Assembly (NCBI RefSeq): GCF_022539665.2
Contig: NC_081333.1
Span: 12,276,001 to 12,340,000, forward strand
From: Daphnia carinata
Taxonomy: Eukaryota
Length of the DNA stretch: 64,000 nucleotides
Direction of reading: 5' to 3'
The position numbers and the translations under genes were made by a program. The notes under the pieces are model-generated. The model was not told the origin of the DNA. It saw nothing but the letters and a program-made list of their open reading frames with translations, and did no database searches. Shown here piece by piece: positions 12,625 to 21,430 of this stretch; position 1 is the first letter of the stretch, and every line of letters begins with the position of its first letter.

Positions 12625-15075
12625 CTATTCCAGGCCAGCGGTGTCTAATTCGCGGATAGAAGGCATTCTAAGTTGAAACTGAAATGCATCTTCGAGCGAT
12701 ATCAGTCTACAATGACTAATGTTCAGGTGACTCAGGTACCGCAATTGATACTTTTCAATAGCATTAAGAGTTAACTTGGTTAAATTTAGACAGCCCTTTA
12801 AAGAAATAAGTAAAATGATTAAGACACAAAGAGGAGTAACAATTCTTTGATACGTACATGCAGACTTAATCGCCTTAGTCTGGAGAGGTAACTTATTGCT
12901 TTTGTCATACCATAATCGGTAAATTTACCATAGTTCAAAATTAGTATTTCGATTCCACGATTTTGTTCGCTAAGTGCGACAAGTCCGATATCTGTTATCT
13001 GTAAGGACAAGAAATTGCGCAGCTTAAGTCGAACCCTCATCTCCAAAATAGCTTCAAGTTGATGTATACCAATGGACAAGCATTCAAATCTAGGTGTCGC
13101 AGTTCACGGAATCGAAAGGCATACTGCAAGCTTCGGTCTGTAAGTTTATTGCACCCGCCGACTGATAGGTGAATAAGACCTAATACAAAATTTTAAAAAA
13201 TCTAAACTCTACCTAGGAGAACCAAATCGGACATAATCTGCCAAACCTGAAAAGCTGTAGAACTCTGCCGGTGTACAGTTTTCCTTTAGTTTGCTACATG
13301 GAGCTTCAAGCGGTTTATCTTGGAAATTTCCATCGTCTTGAATAGCAAGTTTGGTCACCTGCGATAAGCGCTAATTCAAAAAATGTTTTAGAATTGGAAA
13401 ATCCTATTTGCAAACTACACCGTCAATTTGTCCGCGAAACCGTCATCAGTCAGAGAGATGCACCAGTCGAGAAGGAGTTCACGCAGATGCAACAGTGAAT
13501 TCAGAACAACCTTACCAATTGAGAATAAGATACGGTGAATGTAAAATAAGATTTCCTTTCTGATAGTTACCCGGAGACTGGAGTCTGAAACCGCCATTTT
13601 ACAAGAAGTAAGATTGAGGTGGGTTAAAAATGGAGAATTCTTCGCCAACTGATGTAATGTTTCCTCCACCATTCTGGTGTTGCTAAGGTTGATTTGCGTA
13701 AGTGTTTCGTTCCGTTTAGAAAGCAGACCGTTTTCGACACCTTTAAATCTCAGTTGAAAATGTTAAATACCCAGCACATTTGAGCAGAGATTCACCTAAG
13801 GAGGTTATGTTTTGAAGACCTTGCAGATTGACGTACGAAAGGTAACATAACTGGCTTAAATAGGAGATTCCCATGTCCGTTACTGCACGGCAGTTTTGAA
13901 TCGAGAGCTTTTGCAAATTGGGTAGTAAAGAACAGATGCTACTTAAAGCATTGTCTGTAATTCTAACGCAAGAACTAATATCGAGTTCGGTTAGAGTTGA
14001 TTGAGTAGCACAAAGACCACTGATTCCCGTGCTGCTTACTTCGCAGCTACGCAGTATGAGGCTATGGAGTTTTAGGCCAGCTACCTATTTTCGAAAAGGT
14101 ATGCATCAGAAATGAATCTAAATATCATTTTTACAAGTTATACCTTCGACAATGAGATGCACGCCTTGTCATCTATGAGCGTTTGACTAAAGTCAAGATG
14201 TTCGACCGTTTTTGAATGTTCGACAATATGCTGCAACATGCAGTCAAATGTTAAGACTAATTCAGATGATTTATTCTCTCCTTTGCCATTGTTTTTGGAA
14301 TAAAATTTCTTATTTATTCCAGGATGGAAGGATATGGTGGTTGCTGAGAAGCTTAAATATTTCAGGCTGACAACTAAAGCCATGAATCGATCGAGGAGGG
14401 CATCAGAGAAATAGGAACTGTTTTCTGAGAAAGCAAGTTTCTTTAAATTTGGCATGGCTAGTTTAATGTGGGACAAGACTAGGTCATTGCTGAAAAGTTT
14501 TCCAGTAATGAAAGTATCACGGCAGTTGTGAAAATGTAGGCTCTCCAGTGACTGGCATTGTAAAAGGAGGTTCAATAGATTGGCCTCTGTTATATAGCTT
14601 CCATGTATTTCTAATGACAAGAGATTTCGACTGATTTGGCTCCAGAACTCAAACAGACCAGGGGTACTGGCACTAAAATTTATTTCCTGCAAGGTATTCA
14701 TGTTTTATAAATTGTTTACATTACTAATAGTATACTAAATGTGACGAAATGAACAAGTGTTTCAGGTGTACCTGGATTTTTAGATCCTGCACAGGTTTTC
14801 TTGTCCATTGGAACACACAGGCAGCGTCATCCAAAGAATTTTCAAAAGTAATAACTACATCCTTCCACAGAGACATAGTCAGAGAGGCTTCGTACCACAA
14901 CAAACATATCGTTGAAGCGACCAAACGATCTGAAGGTTTAAGATATTTTAAGATCTTTTCGATTATCTAATAAATGCAATAGTTTTGTGAATTTCTGAAC
15001 AAGGGCGAAGCGAAAAATAGAAAAAAACAAAAAACATTTTCTCTTACTCACTTCAAGAGGTAATTTATCAGCCAT
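12625..15075 (-). CDS. F-box/leucine-rich-repeat protein (FBXL type, resembling LRRC29/FBXL9), multi-exon
   Basis: Exon 1 (15075-15052) MADKLPLE with donor GTGAGT splices to 14966 IIEKILKYLKPSDRLVASTICLLWYEAS, an F-box motif. Downstream exons (ORFs 14138..14701, 13415..13672, 12819..13079 and exons between them) give cysteine-containing LRRs such as LTHLNLTSC, LRELLLDWCISLTDDG and QITDIGLVAL. The last exon ends ...RMPSIRELDTAGLE-TAG at 12625. Confidence 0.88.
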
Positions 15076-15079
15076 AATG

Positions 15080-15087
15080 ATCAAAAT
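15080..15087 (+). repeat. Left copy of putative target-site duplication ATCAAAAT
   Basis: Identical 8-mer at 20090-20097 directly after the right end. It could also be read as a 6-bp TCAAAA or 9-bp ATCAAAATA duplication, depending on where the terminus is placed. Confidence 0.7.
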
Positions 15088-15273
15088 ATGGCAATCTGTT
15101 TTACATAAAAAAAATTAAAAAAATCGCACTTTTTTCTTTTTTCCGACACGTAGCCATCTACCGCTCAGACTCGTTATTACTGGCGTAGGCAATTTCAGTC
15201 CATTGGATGCCATACGCAGTTAGTTCAGTAGCATGGATGGAGAATAACGCGTGGCCGGAGGAACAAATGAAAA

Positions 15274-15850
15274 ATGGATAAGATAATACAACAAAAGGAT
15301 GGTAAGTATGAAGATTATTATATTGGTATTCAATTATTAATTATTGTTTATTAGATCAAATTATGAAGCTGCAGGCCCAATTATTGGAACAACACAAAAT
15401 ATTAGATAACAGCAAAGCTAAGGAGGGTAAGGCCTAATATGTAATGATTCTATTTATTTGCTTTTATTCATTCGTGTTTTGTAGCTCAAATTTTGAGTCT
15501 TCAAGCTCAGCTAGGGGAAAAGAACAAATTGGAACGGGACAGTTTCCAAACAGTGAAGGAGGTTTTTCCAAACTCATCCCTAACTGAACATGAGGATGAA
15601 TTGGCATTAGGCAAACACAGTCAGGTACCTAAACTTTTCAAATAAGAATTCAAAATAAGTATAGAATTTTAACAAACAATTATTTATTGTTTAGTTATTC
15701 AGTCTACCACCTGACAGTGTGTTAAAGTTAAATTCTTTTAGTGCTGCACTAAAAGAATTGTTAGTAATAAGTCCAAGCAGCAAAGGAACTGAAGAATTGT
15801 GGGACTGTATTTGGGCCGAAACTGGGTGTGGTATGGAAACACAGAAATAG
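15274..15850 (+). CDS. Putative spliced 131-aa protein with coiled-coil-like N-terminus carried in the left arm (may be the 5' part of a decayed longer gene)
   Basis: Exons 15274-15301, 15355-15426, 15485-15624 and 15695-15850 are joined by GT-AG introns of 53, 58 and 70 bp and stay in frame: MDKIIQQKD/DQIMKLQAQLLEQHKILDNSKAKE/AQILSLQAQLGEKNKLERDSF...KHSQ/LFSLPPDSVLKLNSF...GMETQK*. More exon-like blocks with splice sites but broken frames continue to ~16660. Confidence 0.5.
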
Positions 15851-16751
15851 CATGAGTTCAACATAAAACATGAATTAGGTACTTTTCGGTATTTTGTCTA
15901 TCGAAAAAGTATTTTTAATGCTATTATTTTGCATTCACAGAATTTTAGCAGGGGATCAAGTCAAGTCTGGAAGTGTTACAGGATGGAAGAGTGAGCCTAC
16001 AGTTGAAAAACACTGAAAGTGCATTACCATTAAGGTATGAGGTAAAGTAATAGAGTATGCAAATTGTCTAATGAGAAGTACCATCTTGTGTGAATGAATC
16101 CTGTGTAACAGCATTCCTTTATAGTTCTGTCACAGCTAGAAGCCTCAAATAATTCTGCTTCTCTTGCTAAAGAACAACTTGTCCTTTACATTCAGAGTGT
16201 TGGTGAAGCTGGGTACTTAAATGGCCCTAAAGATGTTTCATTTCGTTGGCATTGCAGCGATGAACATCATACATGGACTCTTTAGGTATGAAAGGAATTT
16301 TCTTGAAACTTTTTTTAATTTATGACAAAGCATTTCTCCTGCTTTTTGCCAACCATGTCTAATCTAGAAAAAAAAATTTATCCAATAGGAAAGGATTTTC
16401 AGCATACTGGGAACACAACTATCAACAATGCAACATTCTAGGGCTGCTATTTTATCATTCAAGAGCCTTATACAATGATTTTCATCTGCAATTTGTATGG
16501 CCTTTCCCAAGCTTCTGCCAGAAGTTGAATCTATAAGTCATGTAAGTCACATGAGCAACAATTGAGATGCTTAATGGTGTTGTTTTTCTTTTCTCAGCAT
16601 AGGTTAATAGTAACATTGAATCTGAAAAGATTCTTGGTTGGGGCAAGACACTGAATAAATTGTAATGATTGAATGGATGACATGACATTTCTATACTTAA
16701 TTTGGATTCCCGAGACGGTATTTTATATTTAAAAAATTGAAGTGCATATCT

Positions 16752-17115
16752 GGGCTCCCTTCCTTTCCGTAGCCCCGTTTCCCCTTGACTCGTAATAAGC
16801 CCGTAGGGGGTCATGCCCCTACTGTACGGTATATATAAAAACAACATATACCGAGGTTTGGAGGGCTCTGGCCGGAAAGGGGACGTGGGGGTCCGCTTAG
16901 TCCGATGATGTGTTCACGGAGGGCGAAGTGGCAACCCACAAATCCGAACTAAAGGTTAATCGCTCCTGTAAAAATGTTCCAAATCTTCAGCTCTTCTTCC
17001 GGCTTCTCTTAGCCAATCACCGGGTAATCTCCCCGGTGGGTCAACAAGGCAGTGTCTCCCCCTGCCTGGGTTGACGGCAACTTTTGAAAGGGCTATTGTG
17101 CCTTTTTAAAGTTGC
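16752..17115 (-). other. GC-rich multi-hairpin segment, left-arm copy
   Basis: Appears to be the exact reverse complement of 18048-18411. Confidence 0.5.
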
Positions 17116-17421
17116 AAAAATAATTGTAATGTGCAGAGAATTGTCAATAAAATTTTTTTTATAAAATATTTTTTGCAAAATTTGTTTCTTTCATTGTCTG
17201 TGTTAGCTGTGTTCACACATTATATTTATCAACTTTTTTTTTTTTTTTGCTTTGCTTTATTTGTTTTTGTCACCTTTGATGGTAAGCATTGTTTCCATTG
17301 GTTTATCGTTTATCTGTAAGTATTCAATTATTATTCATTACACTCTATGAATTCTTTAACTTAGATTCAAGGAACAATGTGTAACATCTGGATATTTTTT
17401 GGAAGTAATTTTGTAGTTTGT

Positions 17422-17494
17422 TTTACTCGTATGGGAACCGATCCCCAGACATTCAGCGTGTAACGCCGATGCTCTAACACTGAGCCACGAGATA
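17422..17494 (-). pseudogene. Degenerate tRNA-like sequence (anticodon position TAC, Val-like)
   Basis: Minus strand reads CTCG TGGCTCAGTGTTAGAGC A TCGGC GTTACAC GCTGA ATGTC TGGGGATCGGTTCCCA TA CGAG: D arm/A box, 5-bp anticodon stem with 7-nt loop, damaged T loop/B box, partial acceptor stem. Confidence 0.65.
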
Positions 17495-17589
17495 TATCTA
17501 AATATTTTATTATCGCATATCAAATGTTATCGTCTAGGATGTTTATGCAGTCTTTCACAGTTATATGTCTATCTTCTAATGCTTTCATA

Positions 17590-17660
17590 AGGTTCATAGC
17601 TCTGTGGAAGAGCCTTTAGCTGTGATACCTGTTACCCTTGGTTCAAACCTCAGTAGATGT
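17590..17660 (+). pseudogene. Highly degenerate tRNA-like sequence (A and B boxes kept, anticodon stem lost; GTG at anticodon position)
   Basis: TAGCTCTGTGGAAGAGC (D arm/A box) at 17597 and CTTGGTTCAAACCTCAG (T arm/B box) at ~17637-17653, at tRNA-like spacing. Confidence 0.5.
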
Positions 17661-17799
17661 GTGAAGATGTAAAATAGTAGTGAAGATGTAAGAAGTAAAA
17701 TAAATGTAGAAGAGTATATTGCAGAATTGCACATCAGTTTTATTCTAAGTGTAAATGCAAGTCCACAAGTCACTAGAAAAAAGCCAACTTGACATCATA

Positions 17800-17871
17800 T
17801 GATTCATGGCTCATTGGTAGAGCATCGGCGCGGTATGCCGAACATCCAGTGTTCGATCCCTGGATAATAAT
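17800..17871 (+). pseudogene. Degenerate tRNA-like sequence (anticodon position GGT, Thr-like)
   Basis: TGGCTCATTGGTAGAGC (A box/D arm), perfect stem TCGGC-GCGGTAT-GCCGA, and CCAGTGTTCGATCCCTGG (T arm with B box GTTCGATCC). Acceptor stem poorly paired. Confidence 0.7.
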
Positions 17872-18047
17872 AAAATGTTTACACATAAACGATAAACCAA
17901 CGGAAACCAATGTCACCTTACCATCAAAGGTGACAAAAACATATAAAACAAAGCAAAAAAAAAAGTTGATAAATGAAACAAATTTTGCAAAAAATATTTT
18001 ATAAAAAAAATTTTATTGACAATTCTCTGCACATTACAATTATTTTT

Positions 18048-18411
18048 GCAACTTTAAAAAGGCACAATAGCCCTTTCAAAAGTTGCCGTCAACCCAGGCA
18101 GGGGGAGACACTGCCTTGTTGACCCACCGGGGAGATTACCCGGTGATTGGCTAAGAGAAGCCGGAAGAAGAGCTGAAGATTTGGAACATTTTTACAGGAG
18201 CGATTAACCTTTAGTTCGGATTTGTGGGTTGCCACTTCGCCCTCCGTGAACACATCATCGGACTAAGCGGACCCCCACGTCCCCTTTCCGGCCAGAGCCC
18301 TCCAAACCTCGGTATATGTTGTTTTTATATATACCGTACAGTAGGGGCATGACCCCCTACGGGCTTATTACGAGTCAAGGGGAAACGGGGCTACGGAAAG
18401 GAAGGGAGCCC
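18048..18411 (+). other. GC-rich multi-hairpin segment (candidate structured RNA or ssDNA element), right-arm copy
   Basis: Consecutive stems at 18048-18086, 18088-18123, 18125-18145, 18211-18266 (enclosing two small hairpins), 18310-18336, 18341-18360 and 18361/18411. Paired by eye, no folding program run. Confidence 0.5.
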
Positions 18412-19311
18412 AGATATGCACTTCAATTTTTTAAATATAAAATACCGTCTCGGGAATCCAAATTAAGTATAGAAATGTCATGTCATCCATTCAATCATTA
18501 CAATTTATTCAGTGTCTTGCCCCAACCAAGAATCTTTTCAGATTCAATGTTACTATTAACCTATGCTGAGAAAAGAAAAACAACACCATTAAGCATCTCA
18601 ATTGTTGCTCATGTGACTTACATGACTTATAGATTCAACTTCTGGCAGAAGCTTGGGAAAGGCCATACAAATTGCAGATGAAAATCATTGTATAAGGCTC
18701 TTGAATGATAAAATAGCAGCCCTAGAATGTTGCATTGTTGATAGTTGTGTTCCCAGTATGCTGAAAATCCTTTCCTATTGGATAAATTTTTTTTTTTAGA
18801 TTAGACATGGTTGGCAAAAAGCAGGAGAAATGCTTTGTCATAAATTAAAAAATTTTCAAGAAAATTCCTTTCATACCTAAAGAGTCCATGTATGATGTTC
18901 ATCGCTGCAATGCCAACGAAATGAAACATCTTTAGGGCCATTTAAGTACCCAGCTTCACCAACACTCTGAATGTAAAGGACAAGTTGTTCTTTAGCAAGA
19001 GAAGCAGAATTATTTGAGGCTTCTAGCTGTGACAGAACTATAAAGGAATGCTGTTACACAGGATTCATTCACACAAGATGGTACTTCTCATTAGACAATT
19101 TGCATACTCTATTACTTTACCTCATACCTTAATGGTAATGCACTTTCAGTGTTTTTCAACTGTAGGCTCACTCTTCCATCCTGTAACACTTCCAGACTTG
19201 ACTTGATCCCCCACTAAAATTCTGTGAATGCAAAATAATAGCATTAAAAATACTTTTTCGATAGACAAAAAACCGAAAAGTACCTAATTCATGTTTTATG
19301 TTGAACTCGTG

Positions 19312-19886
19312 CTATTTCTGTGTTTCCTTACCACACCCATTTTCAGCCCAAATACGGTCCCACAAGTGTTCACTTCCTTCGCTGCATGGACTTATTACTA
19401 ACAATTCTTTTAGTGCAGCACTAAAAGAATTTAACTTTAACACACTGTCAGGTGGTAGACTGAATAACTAAACAATAAATAATTGTTTGTTAAAATTCTA
19501 TACTTATTTTGAATTCTTATTTGAAAAGTTTAGGTACCTGACTGTTCGCCTAATGCCAATTCATCCTCATGTTCAGTTAGGGATGAGTTTGGAAAAACCT
19601 CCTTCACTGTTTGGAAACTGTTCCGTTCCAATTTCTTCTTTTCCCCTAGCTGAGCTTGTAGACTCAAAATTTGAGCTACAAAACACAAATGAATAAAAGC
19701 AAATAAATAGAATCATTACATATTAGGCCTTACCCTCCTTAGCTTTGCTGTTATCTAATATTTTGTGTTGTTCCAATAATTGGGCCTGCAGCTTCATAAT
19801 TTGATCTAATAAACAATAATTAATAATTGAATACCAATATAATAATCTTCATACTTACCATCCTTTTGTTGTATTATCTTATCCAT
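19312..19886 (-). pseudogene. Right-arm copy of the spliced coiled-coil gene, frameshifted
   Basis: Same exon/intron layout, but exon 3 ends GGCGAACAGTCAG|GT versus GGCAAACACAGTCAG|GT in the left arm (2 nt shorter), which brings an early TGA into frame in exon 4. Confidence 0.5.
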
Positions 19887-20089
19887 TTTTCATTTGTTCC
19901 TCCGGCCACGCGTTATTCTCCATCCATGCTACTGAACTAACTGCGTATGGCATCCAATGGACTGAAATTGCCTACGCCAGTAATAACGAGTCTGAGCGGT
20001 AGATGGCTACGTGTCGGAAAAAAGAAAAAAGTGCGATTTTTTTTTTTTTTTGGCGAAATTTTTTTTTTGTGTGTAAAACGGATTGCCAT

Positions 20090-20097
20090 ATCAAAAT
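20090..20097 (+). repeat. Right copy of putative target-site duplication ATCAAAAT
   Basis: Matches 15080-15087. Confidence 0.7.
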
Positions 20098-20120
20098 ACT
20101 GATTGCAGAATATTATGAGG

Positions 20121-21430
20121 TATGGCAATCCGTTTTACCCAAAATAAAAATAAAAAATATTGGCCTTTTTTTTCTGTTTTACTGCTATCGTCATCTAACG
20201 ATCACGTTTCTAGTTAATTCTCTACATACACTGACAGAAAAATTTTTTAAGCCCGATTTTCTGTTTTTTACGGTTAATTCAAAAACAAGAAGCCTGATAT
20301 AAAAATATACCCCATTTTCGTGATCAGCGATCAGTTTCGAATCGGAATAATGTATTTTTAATGAAATCTAGGATTTGAAGAAAATTGGAAGAGTGGGAAG
20401 GCCTTCTTACTTTTTCAATTTTGGCAAAATTTTTGATTTCGCCTTAAATACATGGTTTCGATGCAGAATTGAACGGGCATCACGAATATGAGGGTTGTTT
20501 TCTCGTGGGACTCATAGTTTTTGAATAAGATGTAAAAAACGATAAAAGTTGGAGAAAAATAAGCCCGGGCTTATATTGTCGGGCTTAAATTTTTTTCCTA
20601 TTAAAAAATAATCGCATTATCTAGATAACTATAGATGATTCTGATTCAAAATTAATCAAGGAACACGAAAATAGAATTTGTTTTTACGTAGGGTTTATAG
20701 TTTTGGAGTAATCTAAAACATAAAATTAGTGTGTGTGCGAATCATTACTAGCGCGCCAGTACGCTACAGCGCCAGCGTGACACATCAAACTTCGTTGATT
20801 ATTCAAACACCATAAACGCTACGTAAAAACAAATTTCATTTTCGTGTTCCTTGTTAAATTTTGAATCAGAATCATACATAGTTATCTAGATTTAATGATA
20901 CTATTTTTTAATAGGAAAAAATTTTAAGCCCGACAAAATAAACACGGCCTTCTGTTTTTTACGATTAATTCAAAAAGCGGAAGCCTAACATAAAAATATA
21001 CCCCATTTTCGTGATCGGTGATCAATTTCGAATCGGAATACTGTATTTTTAATGAAATGTAGGATTTTACGAAAATTGAAGAAGTGAGAAGGCTATGTAT
21101 GGCCTTCTTACTTTTTTATTTTTAGCCAAATTTTAAATTTGGCTTAACATCAACTACATCATATTTATTCAGTGTATTTCAAAAGCAATTGATTTTATGA
21201 AAAAACGAGTCAATTTTTCTGAATCAACATTAAATTCTGAGTATACCGTGTGATTTTAAACGTATTCCACGAAATTTCGATTTTTGTCTGATTTTGACAA
21301 AAGTGAGAAGGCTATATAGCCTTCCCACTTTTTCATTTTTGGCCAAATTTCAAATCTGGCTTAAAATATATGATTTTGATGCAGAATTGAATGTTAATTA
21401 CGAAAATCAAGTCTATTTTTCAATTAGCCA
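20121..21430. mobile_element. Second, probably truncated, non-autonomous DNA element sharing the foldback's terminal sequence, with internal direct and inverted repeats
   Basis: Starts TATGGCAATCCGTTTTAC, the exact reverse complement of 20073-20090. It has diverged direct repeats (~20257-20450, ~20949-21147, partial ~21301-21420) and a palindrome (~20575-20713 versus ~20797-20940). No matching right terminus found; end coordinate approximate. Confidence 0.7.

Larger units (their letters stand above)
15088..17337 (+). repeat. Left arm of the long inverted repeat
   Basis: Reverse complement of 17861-20089. The identical 121-aa ORF appears at 16482..16847(-) and 18316..18681(+). The innermost ~150 bp are more diverged and include a ~36-bp insertion near 17190-17223. 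Confidence 0.95.
15088..20089. mobile_element. ~5.0 kb foldback (long inverted repeat) DNA element, apparently non-autonomous; superfamily unresolved
   Basis: Left end ATGGCAATCTGTTTTAC and right end GTAAAACGGATTGCCAT are reverse complements with one mismatch. The arms are inverted copies over ~2.25 kb. ATCAAAAT is repeated directly on both flanks. No transposase ORF seen. Confidence 0.85.
17861..20089 (-). repeat. Right arm of the long inverted repeat
   Basis: Reverse complement of 15088-17337, compared by eye along its length; inner boundary approximate. Confidence 0.95.

Noticed and set aside
17422..17871. Calling the three tRNA-like units functional tRNA genes
   Set aside because: Acceptor stems are incomplete, two have G at anticodon-loop position 32, one lacks an anticodon stem and one has a damaged T loop. 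Reported as tRNA-like pseudogenes instead.
18165..18200. CTGAAGA followed by TTTGGAAC, resembling a minimal hammerhead ribozyme core as in Penelope-like elements
   Set aside because: The required GAAA is GAAC, and I could not build stems I and III with an NUH cleavage site. The TIR/TSD structure also fits a DNA element better.
18316..18681. 121-aa ORF present twice (also 16482..16847, -)
   Set aside because: The duplication only reflects the inverted repeat. No recognisable domain, and it overlaps the hairpin segment and the antisense of exon-like blocks. Not called as a CDS without homology or expression data.
15088..20089. Possibility that the long inverted repeat is an assembly or chimeric-read artefact
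   Set aside because: The arms differ by clustered substitutions and indels, the spacer is unique, and the ends carry a direct repeat plus a terminal motif shared with an independent neighbouring element. Long reads would still be decisive.
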